From positions 10,162 through 74,161 of the forward strand of contig CAWCCK010000014.1 of NCBI GenBank assembly GCA_963794025.1: a stretch of DNA of 64,000 nucleotides, in the 5' to 3' direction. A program made the translations under genes and the position numbers. The notes beneath the pieces are model-generated. The model was given only the letters and a program-made list of their open reading frames with translations, did no database searches and was not told the origin of the DNA. Origin of the DNA: Ignavibacteriota bacterium (lineage in GTDB: Bacteria; Bacteroidota; Ignavibacteria; Palsa-1295). Positions 51,201 to 59,856 of this stretch are shown in pieces. How positions within the stretch are numbered: the first letter of the stretch is position 1; each line of letters begins with the position of its first letter.

Positions 51201-51354
51201 GCACCGACCTACGCGTGCGGATTGTGTCATCAGCCTCATTTTCGCCATAGGCACCTATTTCTGAAAGAAATTTTGATATTTTTGATATTTCCGTGAACTC
51301 TTTGTCCCGAATGGTGCTTTTATGTGCTCGGTACATAAAAAAGCACTATACATT

Positions 51355-52359
51355 ATGAGCAATCAGACATACACCAGTAGTTTTAATCTTGAACTGTTGT
51401 TCGGGTTGCCGGAGCAGCCGGCATCCGAGCAAATCTTTAATTATAAAGCATCGGAAATGGAGATCCCGGTGCAAACGGATTCTTTTACGATCGTGCTTTC
51501 GCGCGATGTTCGGCGGAATACCTTCATGGCTGCGGAAGTTGCCTTCCATGCCGCGCATGGCGACCTTACCAAAGACGTGTGGTATGTGAATACCTACGCC
51601 GGTGTGAACTTCCTGAAAGAATGCTTCCGAAAATTATTCGATGCAGCGGGCATGGAACTGCCGCCACCCCCGCCGCCCGTCATCGTTCCAGACGAAGAAC
51701 CCGAACTTCCTGCAATAGACGAATATGCTCCGCCTCCCGAACCTGCCTACGATTCGCTACCACCACATCCCAGTACCTTCGCATTGGCACCGGGGACGCC
51801 GGAACCACCAGATGGAACCAAGAAATTCCTTGCGGATGGAACGATGTACTCGTTCGGGCATGGTCATATGTATTGGAAGTTCGAGACCGAGGAAGACCGC
51901 ATGGCGAAAGCGGCACTCCGCATCGAGGCTAACAGACTGGCGATCAATCCACCGAAGCTGCCACCACTACGCGGAGGAGAGCTTGACCCAAGCCATCTGC
52001 TTCCTAACCTGCGTGTTTTTCATGTTCCCATCGGCCAGTGGAGCACGCTTCGCCTCAAGAAAGATATTCGGGAGTTCGCCCGGATGGGCTGCCGCCAGAT
52101 CGTCATCATAAATTCCTTCGAATATGCGCCGCTCACACGCGGACGAAAGGAGCGCATGGCACGAGAGCTTATCCAGCTTTGTGACAAGTTTCATCTCTCT
52201 ATTGTTCTCTTTTCCCACGAAATGAAAAAGGACGTTGAAGCGGGACTTCCCGGCCGTGGTCCGATAGGTATTATAGCAGCGAAGGCGAGCACGGTCTCGC
52301 GCTTCCCCGATCCTTTCGAAAAATTTTATGGGACGAGAGATGCGTCAAAACGTCCTTAA
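51355..52359 (+). CDS. Hypothetical protein, degenerate RecA/DnaB-like P-loop fold with Pro-rich insertion
   Basis: Motif order TIVLSRDVRRNTFMA / VWYVNTY / IVIINSF / LSIVLFSHEMK / RGPIG matches the fold, but GKT and the Walker B Asp are missing. Confidence 0.5.
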   Translation: MSNQTYTSSFNLELLFGLPEQPASEQIFNYKASEMEIPVQTDSFTIVLSRDVRRNTFMAAEVAFHAAHGDLTKDVWYVNTYAGVNFLKECFRKLFDAAGMELPPPPPPVIVPDEEPELPAIDEYAPPPEPAYDSLPPHPSTFALAPGTPEPPDGTKKFLADGTMYSFGHGHMYWKFETEEDRMAKAALRIEANRLAINPPKLPPLRGGELDPSHLLPNLRVFHVPIGQWSTLRLKKDIREFARMGCRQIVIINSFEYAPLTRGRKERMARELIQLCDKFHLSIVLFSHEMKKDVEAGLPGRGPIGIIAAKASTVSRFPDPFEKFYGTRDASKRP

Positions 52360-52408
52360 AACTCTACGGTTTATGAAAAACAAATGCGTTTGCGCGATTT
52401 CATCCGTT

Positions 52409-52436
52409 GAAACTACCCTCTTCTAATTTCGTTTTA
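52409..52436 (+). promoter_or_regulatory. Putative ECF promoter GAAAC-N16-CGTTTT
   Basis: AAC at 52411-52413, CGT at 52430-52432, ATG at 52442. Confidence 0.55.
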
Positions 52437-52441
52437 TCGGT

Positions 52442-53146
52442 ATGGCAAATTATGGAAATTCTGTTTATTCGTTCACGCCCGATGCGTTGCAATTAGTTGG
52501 CACAGCGCGGCTGGCATATATTCGCACCGTGTATTCGTATTTTCTGATCGCAGTGGCAAGCGCTATTGCGGGCGCACTGATCGCGATGAATACCGATCTC
52601 GGGTTTTCGTTCGCGCGGTCGCCGTTTATCGGGATCGTCGTATTTTTCGGGTCGTTTTGGTTTGCGTCGAGGAGCGCGAATAATCCTTCCCGCGCCGTGC
52701 CGACGCTTTCCATCGCGACATTCGTGAGCGGCCTGTTCGTCGCGCCGATGCTGTATGCGATCGCGCACGGTTACATTCGCGGCACGAGCACCGGAACCAT
52801 CTACGATGCGCTGATCCTATCCGGCTCCATTTTCGCGGGACTAACGGCCTATACGTTCATCTCGAAAAAAGATTTTTCCTACATGGGCGCCAGCCTGACG
52901 ATCGGGCTTTTCATGATCATCGGCCTGATGTTTGTGAACTTCTTCGTACAATCGACGACGCTCGATCTTGGGCTTTCGATCATCGGCGTTATCATTTTTT
53001 CGGGATTTATATTGGTCGATACGTCGCGCATTTTAAAGAGGGCGCATGAAATACCGCCAAGTTTAGCGGCGCTCAATCTTTATCTCGATTTTTTGAACCT
53101 GTTCCTCATGCTTCTCCGTTTGCTGAGCGGACGCAGCCGGGATTAA
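52442..53146 (+). CDS. Bax inhibitor-1/YccA family membrane protein
   Basis: Seven TM helices; SKKDFSYMG, ILVDTSRI, AALNLYLDFLNLFLMLLRLL. Confidence 0.93.
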   Translation: MANYGNSVYSFTPDALQLVGTARLAYIRTVYSYFLIAVASAIAGALIAMNTDLGFSFARSPFIGIVVFFGSFWFASRSANNPSRAVPTLSIATFVSGLFVAPMLYAIAHGYIRGTSTGTIYDALILSGSIFAGLTAYTFISKKDFSYMGASLTIGLFMIIGLMFVNFFVQSTTLDLGLSIIGVIIFSGFILVDTSRILKRAHEIPPSLAALNLYLDFLNLFLMLLRLLSGRSRD

Positions 53147-53173
53147 TTATAAAGACTCTTAAAAAATTAAAAA

Positions 53174-53301
53174 TGTCATTCTGAGCGTAGCCGGACGTAG
53201 CGGAGCGGAGTCCGGCGAAGCGAAGAATCTGTGTGCCGTCCGGAGATCCTTCGACTCCGTTTGTCCCTCCTTCGTCGGGACAAACTCCGCTCAGGATGAC
53301 A
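53174..53301. repeat. REP-like composite palindrome (15913 family, inverted orientation)
   Basis: tgtcattctgagcg...cgctcaggatgaca. Confidence 0.85.
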
Positions 53302-53309
53302 AAGGAGAC

Positions 53310-53383
53310 GGGCCCTTAGCTCAGTTGGTTAGAGCAGTCGACTCATAATCGATTGGTCGCAGGTTCAAGTCCTGCAGGGCCCA
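53310..53383 (+). tRNA. tRNA with CAT anticodon, most likely tRNA-Ile2 (lysidine-modified)
   Basis: GGGCCCT/AGGGCCC acceptor stem; gtcga-ctCATaa-tcgat; strongly resembles E. coli ileX; lacks the initiator GGG/CCC anticodon stem. Confidence 0.9.
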
Positions 53384-53406
53384 CTTTTTCAATTACGAAT
53401 TTCAAA

Positions 53407-54360
53407 TTACGAATTACGAATTATGGGGAACTGGAATAAGGCAGCGTTGCCGCGAAGGAATTCTTCGGTTGACATGGCGCGCTTTCCTTCGCGTTGGAGT
53501 TCCGTGATTTCTATTGCTTCGGTTGCAGTACCGATGAACAATCGTTTGTGATCGAGCGAGATCTGGGCTTCGCCGGGATTAATTCCCGCAGGTGCGATCG
53601 CTGGAATTAAACTTCGAAGCAGTTTTAGGCGATGACCGCTGAGTTCAAAAACAGCGGCGGGATAGGGAGAAAGTCCACGAATACAATTGTGAACTTTTTC
53701 GCGTGGTTCATTGAAATTTATAATGCAATCTTTGGGAAATATCTTTGGTGCATTCGTAGCGAGATCGGATGGCTGATCGGTGGGATGCAGCGTTCCGGAA
53801 GCAAGTCCATGCAGGGTTTCGAGCGAAACTTCGGCACCAAGCAGCATCAGACGGTCATGCAATTCACCAGCCGTTTCATCGGAACCAATTGGGATGGATT
53901 TTGCGAGCAGTGTCTTGCCGGTATCGACTTTTTCATCGAGGAGGAATGTGGTAATTCCCGTTTCCTGCTCGCCGCGAATGATCGCCCAATTGATCGGCGC
54001 TGCGCCGCGATATTTCGGTAGCAGCGAAGCATGGATATTGAATGCTCCAAGTTTCGGAATGGTAAAAACTTCTTTAGGAAGTATTTTGTAAGCCACGACG
54101 ACAAAAATATCGGCATTCAGCGATCGCAAACTTTCTAAAAAAACGGGATCGCGATGTTTTTCGGGAGTAAGAACTGGAATTCCAAGTTCCATCGCCGCTG
54201 TTTTTAGAGCGCTTGGATGCAGAATCATTCCCCTTCCCTGCGGCTTATCGGGTGTGGTGACGGTAGCAATAATCTGCTCGCCATTTTGCACGAGGTCGCG
54301 CAGAATATGCGCCGCAAATTCGGGCGTACCAAAAAAAACGATGCGAAGTCCGGATGCCAT
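53407..54360 (-). CDS. fmt: Methionyl-tRNA formyltransferase
   Basis: FFGTPEFA, PDKPQGRG, NIHASLLPKYRGAAPINWAI. Confidence 0.97.
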   Translation of the reverse strand: MASGLRIVFFGTPEFAAHILRDLVQNGEQIIATVTTPDKPQGRGMILHPSALKTAAMELGIPVLTPEKHRDPVFLESLRSLNADIFVVVAYKILPKEVFTIPKLGAFNIHASLLPKYRGAAPINWAIIRGEQETGITTFLLDEKVDTGKTLLAKSIPIGSDETAGELHDRLMLLGAEVSLETLHGLASGTLHPTDQPSDLATNAPKIFPKDCIINFNEPREKVHNCIRGLSPYPAAVFELSGHRLKLLRSLIPAIAPAGINPGEAQISLDHKRLFIGTATEAIEITELQREGKRAMSTEEFLRGNAALFQFPIIRNS

Positions 54361-54364
54361 GATC

Positions 54365-56260
54365 TTACTTTAGCAACACCATTTTTCGGGTAATTATCGC
54401 GGCGCCGGTTTTGATCTTATAGAAATAAATTCCTTGCGGCCAGTTCGCTGCATCGAGATCGTAAGCATGGCGACCGGCATCGAGCCGCGTATCCACGAGC
54501 ACAGCGACTTCCCTGCCGATCATATCGAAAATTGAAAGCTGAACGGTTTCCGGTTTTGTCAGACGAAATGCAATGGAAGTCGTAGCATTAAACGGGTTCG
54601 GCTCGTTTTGCTCGACGAAAATATCGCGGTTCGGAGCGTATTCCAATTTTACGGGATAGGTATAGATCGGCGGTTCTTTTTCGCCAAAACCGATGAGCGC
54701 AACGCGGTAGTATAGATCGATGTCGCCATTCAATTTTGGTAATTCTTCAGAGGCATGATAGCTTGCAATCGAAGCAATGGGCTGACCACGTTTGGGAGTT
54801 TTTATTCCATGCTTTGCATCGATGGCGAGCACTTTTTCGAATGGGCCATACGGCCCGACGCGGCGCTCCAATACATATTGCTTTATGCCAAGTTCCGAGG
54901 ACGTGTGCCACGCGATCGCGACGCGAGTGGGTGAAAGAAGTTCCGCCGTTAGTGTGGCGGGTTCCGCTTCGACCGGCGAAGTGGTTTCTCGAATATTCAC
55001 GCTGCTATCGAGCGAAAAATACATCGGCGCTGTTTCGGTAACGCTGGATTTGGCAATAGTAGAAAAATCATCGAAATGGAAAATAGCGAACGCGCGATGA
55101 GCAGTATCGTGATAGGCCATTATCATTCCCCGCTCGAATTCCGCAGCATCACGATACGAGTTTTTCAATAATTGTAATTCATCTATACTGAAATCCTTGT
55201 TTGACTTCGAAGAATCACCAATCGCCAAATTTATAATATCACCAAACATCGGTAACGCAACATGTGTGGACACCGGCGGTTGTGCATCGATAAATAACCG
55301 AACCGTTCCAAGCGAATCGTTCGATAGGACAAGATCGTGCCACACGCCATCGTTTACGATAGCGTGTGAGGCAACAATAATGTGATTCTTCGAGCCAGAT
55401 AATTCCAGCGTTGCTTGGCCAAGTACGCCGATCGTGAGGCACACCTCGCTGCTATCTTCGGATTGCATTCTCAACAGGTTTTGCTCGAACCCATTCGTTC
55501 GGAACCAACATTGAATGGAAAACGGATGCTGAAAATAGTTACGTAGAAGTTCCGGGCTTGTATGAAGATTTGCAAGCGCATATTTTGTACCATTCATCAC
55601 AAGCGCGCGCGAAGCCCGTGGAGTTCGATTAATTGCTATCGAGGCCGCGAGTCGTTTAGTCGTTATCTCGTTGAATGAAAAATCGTATCTCGATGGGTAC
55701 GTCATTCGCCAGTCGTGATTGACGGGAATGCGTTTTTTTGTTTTGGGATCTATTTCCGGCGGTGCATCGGGATCTATTCGCTCGATAAGCGCAGCTTTTA
55801 CAACGGCGGTTGCGCTAAAAGCCTTACCCACGATTGGCGAAGGAGTAAAGACAATGAAGTAAGCAATTCCTGCTGCATCGGGATCGAAATCGTCAGAGTA
55901 ATCGGCAAGCGCGATCACGGTATGGCCCGGTTCTGCCGAGAGCAGCGTGGTAACTTCCGAAAATGGCGCAAGATTTATTGCATGATCGCTCCCAGCCTCC
56001 ACCCGCCAAGCGTGTTTAAATTTCCAACCGGTGGGATATTCAATCGCAAGCGTTCGGTCAATATCCGTTTCACGCGCAGAAGCGGAAACAACGATGGTAA
56101 CATCATCGCCTTCGGGAATTTCTTCCGGCGCGCGAACTAATGCAATTTCTCCGGAAGCAAAAACTCGCTGCGATTGGCAAACAATGATTCCATATAAAAG
56201 TATGAAGTATAAAGTATGAAGTATGAATCGAATCACATTCATTCTTCTAAATTCCCCCAT
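54365..56260 (-). CDS. T9SS-secreted protein with LamG-like jelly-roll domain
   Basis: FSIQCWFRT, VNDGVWHDLV, LFIDA, IDELQL; CTD QNEPNPFNATT..IFDMIGREV..GIYFYKI..RKMVLLK. Start uncertain. Confidence 0.82.
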   Translation of the reverse strand: MGEFRRMNVIRFILHTLYFILLYGIIVCQSQRVFASGEIALVRAPEEIPEGDDVTIVVSASARETDIDRTLAIEYPTGWKFKHAWRVEAGSDHAINLAPFSEVTTLLSAEPGHTVIALADYSDDFDPDAAGIAYFIVFTPSPIVGKAFSATAVVKAALIERIDPDAPPEIDPKTKKRIPVNHDWRMTYPSRYDFSFNEITTKRLAASIAINRTPRASRALVMNGTKYALANLHTSPELLRNYFQHPFSIQCWFRTNGFEQNLLRMQSEDSSEVCLTIGVLGQATLELSGSKNHIIVASHAIVNDGVWHDLVLSNDSLGTVRLFIDAQPPVSTHVALPMFGDIINLAIGDSSKSNKDFSIDELQLLKNSYRDAAEFERGMIMAYHDTAHRAFAIFHFDDFSTIAKSSVTETAPMYFSLDSSVNIRETTSPVEAEPATLTAELLSPTRVAIAWHTSSELGIKQYVLERRVGPYGPFEKVLAIDAKHGIKTPKRGQPIASIASYHASEELPKLNGDIDLYYRVALIGFGEKEPPIYTYPVKLEYAPNRDIFVEQNEPNPFNATTSIAFRLTKPETVQLSIFDMIGREVAVLVDTRLDAGRHAYDLDAANWPQGIYFYKIKTGAAIITRKMVLLK

Positions 56261-56290
56261 CCTTTATCGTCATCGTCCTTTGTGAATAAT

Positions 56291-56641
56291 TTAACTCAGC
56301 ATCTTCTTTTTTTCCTTTGGGAGCGAGGAAAAGACCAATTTATAGGAATCGTCAATCCACTGCTTGATAAGAGTCTTACCAATGCTGCCATCGAAGGTAA
56401 CGGTATTCCAATGTTTCTTATTCATGTGGTAACCCGGCATAACCGCCGAATAACGCTCTCGTTGTTCCATGGCTATTTCAGGATCAGCCTTGATATTGAT
56501 CGAAAGTGGAGTTTCATCTATTCCTGTTGCCAAAAACATTTTACCTCCGACCTTAAAAACAAGTGTACTTTCGCCAAATGGAAAAGATTCCTCCACCCCA
56601 GGTTTCGATAAACAATATTCTCTCAATACTTCGAGATCCAT
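56291..56641 (-). CDS. MmcQ/YjbR family DNA-binding protein
   Basis: YCLSKPG..FPFG..VFKVGGKMF, PGYHMNKKHWNTV, IDDSYKLV. Confidence 0.93.
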   Translation of the reverse strand: MDLEVLREYCLSKPGVEESFPFGESTLVFKVGGKMFLATGIDETPLSINIKADPEIAMEQRERYSAVMPGYHMNKKHWNTVTFDGSIGKTLIKQWIDDSYKLVFSSLPKEKKKMLS

Positions 56642-56669
56642 AACAGGAGATCGGTAAAATGTGCCGATT

Positions 56670-57185
56670 TTAATTTCGCATTTTCGCAAGGTAATCGAGG
56701 CGATCTTTAAGCTGCGCTTTCGGTGTAAGCAGCTTGTCTTTGCCAAAAATTCCCTCGGAGGGATCGCGGAAGGCGAGTTCGTAATCTTTGCTCATGATGA
56801 TCGCTTCTTCGGGACACACTTCTTCGCAATAGCCGCAAAAAATGCAGCGCAGCATATTGATCTCGAACACCACGGGATAGCGTTCCTTCAAAAGTTCCGT
56901 CTCGCTGGCGCGCACTTCGATCGCAAGCGGCGGGCACACACGCGAGCACAGCCCGCACGCCACGCAGCGTTCGACGCCATTATCCTCCACCACCAGCACA
57001 GGCCGTCCGCGAAATGACGCGGGCGGATCCCAACGCTCTTCGGGATATTGCCGGGTAAATTTCGGACGAAACAGATGCTTGAACGTCGTGTACAAGCCGC
57101 GAATAATTTCGGGAAGATACAGCTTTTCCCAAAGCGTAAGTTTTCGCTGCGAGGCAGGGTTGTTATATTTTGTTGGCGTTGGCAT
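56670..57185 (-). CDS. nuoI: NADH-quinone oxidoreductase subunit I
   Basis: CVACGLCSRVCP and CIFCGYCEEVCP; YPEE. Confidence 0.96.
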   Translation of the reverse strand: MPTPTKYNNPASQRKLTLWEKLYLPEIIRGLYTTFKHLFRPKFTRQYPEERWDPPASFRGRPVLVVEDNGVERCVACGLCSRVCPPLAIEVRASETELLKERYPVVFEINMLRCIFCGYCEEVCPEEAIIMSKDYELAFRDPSEGIFGKDKLLTPKAQLKDRLDYLAKMRN

Positions 57186-57197
57186 TACAATTCCATT

Positions 57198-58217
57198 TTA
57201 TTTCATCAAATACATTTTTTCAAGTGCGGTCAACAGGATATTGACGATACCGAGCGGTAGCAGCACTTTCCAGCCGAGATCCATAAGCTGATCGTAACGA
57301 AAGCGCGGAATCGACCAGCGTACCCAGATAAAAACGAACAGAAGTCCGAGCACTTTCAGCACAAAAGCAAGCACGCCGATGATCGTCATCGCAAGGCTCG
57401 GCAAACCAAGCGTATCGACAAATGGAAGTTGCCATCCACCTAAGAATAAGACCGTTATCACTGCGCTGGCTGTGATGATGTTTGCATATTCGGCAAGAAA
57501 AAACAGCGCGAATTTCATGGAACTGTATTCGGTGTGATAACCGCCAACAAGTTCCGGCTCGGCTTCGGGTAGATCGAATGGAAGACGATTCGTTTCCGCA
57601 AATGATGAGACAAAAAAGAGCAGAAAACCGATAGGAGCACGAATGATATTCCATAAGCCGCCCGCTTGCCCAGCAATAATAGTATTGAGATCGAGCGAAC
57701 CAGACAACATGACTACGCTCAGAAGTCCAAGCCCAAGCGTGAGTTCATAGCTAATCATCTGCGCGCTAGAACGAATACCGCCAAGCAGTGAATACTTCGA
57801 TCCGCTGGACCACCCCGCCAGCGTTATGCCATACACGCCGAGCGATGTCAGCGCCACAATGAACAGCACTCCGATATTGATGTGGGATGCGATCGTTAAT
57901 GGAATAATCGTGCTGCCGATCGTAAGCGAGTTCCCAAACGGAATAACGGCAAGTACGCTGAAGGCCACGGCAATCGAGATCACCGGCGCGACCCAATGGA
58001 ACCAGGACTGCGCCATCAATGGCTCGATGTCCTCTTTGAGCAGCAGTTTTAGCACATCGGCAAGCGGTTGGAGCAAGCCGAACGGCCCCACGCGGTTCGG
58101 CCCGATGCGATCCTGTATCCACGCGCTGACCCACCGTTCGAGCAGTACGAGGTAGGACACCGCCGTCAGCACGACGAATAAAACGATCACAATTTTTATG
58201 AGTGCTTCAATGATCAT
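57198..58217 (-). CDS. nuoH: NADH-quinone oxidoreductase subunit H
   Basis: QDRIGPNRVGP, AQMISYE, ETNRLPFDLPEAEPELVGGYHTEYS, PRFRYDQLM. Confidence 0.98.
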   Translation of the reverse strand: MIIEALIKIVIVLFVVLTAVSYLVLLERWVSAWIQDRIGPNRVGPFGLLQPLADVLKLLLKEDIEPLMAQSWFHWVAPVISIAVAFSVLAVIPFGNSLTIGSTIIPLTIASHINIGVLFIVALTSLGVYGITLAGWSSGSKYSLLGGIRSSAQMISYELTLGLGLLSVVMLSGSLDLNTIIAGQAGGLWNIIRAPIGFLLFFVSSFAETNRLPFDLPEAEPELVGGYHTEYSSMKFALFFLAEYANIITASAVITVLFLGGWQLPFVDTLGLPSLAMTIIGVLAFVLKVLGLLFVFIWVRWSIPRFRYDQLMDLGWKVLLPLGIVNILLTALEKMYLMK

Positions 58218-58341
58218 CCGGGAAAATTATAAATGATGAATTATGAATGATGAAGAGGTCACGCATCCTTGCCTGCCTCTCACCAGGGTAAAGAACAACT
58301 GAAATGGAATGAGGATTCAATCCATTGCAATAAAAATTCGG

Positions 58342-59136
58342 TTATTGGGGTGAAGAACCGGCTAAGATCTTTCTTTCAAGCGGAACAGAACGTGGTTCAA
58401 ACCGAATTTCAAGATCGTGCTTCTTGCTATTTGCAAAAACCATCAGCGTGCCCACCGTGTCCATACCTTCGCCATCTATGCGGAATGGCGTCTTCAGCGG
58501 TATAAAAAAAGATTGCGGAGCATGGGTTACATGCAATGTGATCTGTGATGAATCCTGAACTTCCTCCAATGTAATGGCCGAGCATTTCATGCTATAAGAG
58601 ATTTCCGAAGTATAGGTTATTCCCGGAAGAATGCTCATCGATGCTGCGTGAGGTATGCTATTAATTTTGTTGGGAATTGAATTCGCATTAGTCGTTGAAT
58701 TCACAATAATAGTTGGCGGAATGGAAGAAGACGGAACGACCACTGCTTCACTATCTTTCGTTGCAGAGGGAGCGGTAACATCCGGAGTTGTGCGAACCAT
58801 ACGAGATGAGACAGAAGCACCGCCATCGTTATCAAAAACTCCTAACGCTCCGAGGCCAAACAAAATACCTGCAAGCACTAATACTCCAAGCACAGCCTTC
58901 GGCCAAATGGGTCGGGAATTAGTTTTCGAATCGGTTGTGATGAGTGCTTGAAGTGGAGGTGGGATCTCGATCTGCTCCTCATCCGGCTTGCTTTCCAAAT
59001 TGGTGCGTTCGATGGCAAGCACGTTCAGAACATCTTCACATCGAAGCATCGCTTGATGGTGCTGAACAAGCTCCTCTTTGACGCTACGGATGCGTTCCTC
59101 ATTCTCTTTCAGCAATCGGTCACGATCGGTATTCAC
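58342..59136 (-). CDS. Hypothetical single-pass membrane protein (coiled coil, TM helix, S/T linker, beta domain)
   Basis: Long ORF co-oriented with the nuo genes; TM AVLGVLVLAGILFGLGALGVF. Confidence 0.6.
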   Translation of the reverse strand: MNTDRDRLLKENEERIRSVKEELVQHHQAMLRCEDVLNVLAIERTNLESKPDEEQIEIPPPLQALITTDSKTNSRPIWPKAVLGVLVLAGILFGLGALGVFDNDGGASVSSRMVRTTPDVTAPSATKDSEAVVVPSSSIPPTIIVNSTTNANSIPNKINSIPHAASMSILPGITYTSEISYSMKCSAITLEEVQDSSQITLHVTHAPQSFFIPLKTPFRIDGEGMDTVGTLMVFANSKKHDLEIRFEPRSVPLERKILAGSSPQ

Positions 59137-59187
59137 TGTTCAAAGTTTTCTCACAATAATGCTTCCATCGGTTTCGATCTGCTCCGA

Positions 59188-59484
59188 CTAAGCTGCGGTG
59201 CGTGAAGTTCTCCTGAGCGGTCGATGAATCAGAGCGCGACGTACTGCCGGAATTTTCGATGGCGGTTGAAGACTGAAATTCGATTTACGCATGATGTCCA
59301 TTAAAATGTGGACTTCGTTCTTGCGTGTGGGGAGATTACAGCCCTTCGCTTCATTAAGCTGGCGAAGCGCAAGTTGCGCATACTCCACCGATTCGCAACC
59401 GAGAGCCTCATTCACGTAATCCGCAATTGCTTCGGTCGATTTGAGATGTTTACGGAGCATGTCAACGTGTGTCAGATTTTCCAT
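59188..59484 (-). CDS. Degenerate addiction-module antitoxin (HI1420-like), HTH apparently lost
   Basis: HLKSTEAIADYVNEAL..ALRQLNEAKG matches the family N-terminus; lies downstream of a RelE-like toxin. Confidence 0.6.
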   Translation of the reverse strand: MENLTHVDMLRKHLKSTEAIADYVNEALGCESVEYAQLALRQLNEAKGCNLPTRKNEVHILMDIMRKSNFSLQPPSKIPAVRRALIHRPLRRTSRTAA

Positions 59485-59503
59485 TCGATTTTCCCTTTCT
59501 TTT

Positions 59504-59851
59504 TCACTGCTTTCCCTTTCTTTTCACTTCGCGCATTTCTTCTAATAGCATTCTTGCTTTCAAAATAGTTCGGCTCTAGTAGCGCTTTTCAGAACCTGCC
59601 AACACCACAACGACCCTGCCCTCATAATAAGTAAAATACGTACGTAATGTGACTTTCCCTATTCGAATTTTCAGTTTCTGCAAGCCTTCGCGCAGCGAGC
59701 GAGTAGAGCCTAAACCTACTTGGAGTTTGCCTACCTCGAACGCGATCTTAAGAGCTACTTTTTCCGAAAGTGTATCCAGCCATCGGTCAAAATGATTTAT
59801 TCCGTGTACATCGGTGTAATACTCAAGATCGAGATGCTTGGATTCCTCCAT
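59504..59851 (-). pseudogene. RelE/HigB-like addiction-module toxin (HI1419-like) with premature TAG at 59576-59578
   Basis: YYTDVHG..FDRWLDTL..RTYF..VVVVLAGSEKRY*SRTILKARMLLEE. The family motif is GGDKxxQxxDIxxA, so the stop replaces the Gln. Confidence 0.7.
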
Positions 59852-59856
59852 TTACA

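Noticed and set aside
53310..53383. Initiator tRNA-fMet next to fmt
   Set aside because: It has a paired G1-C72 and lacks three consecutive G-C pairs in the anticodon stem; it matches tRNA-Ile2.
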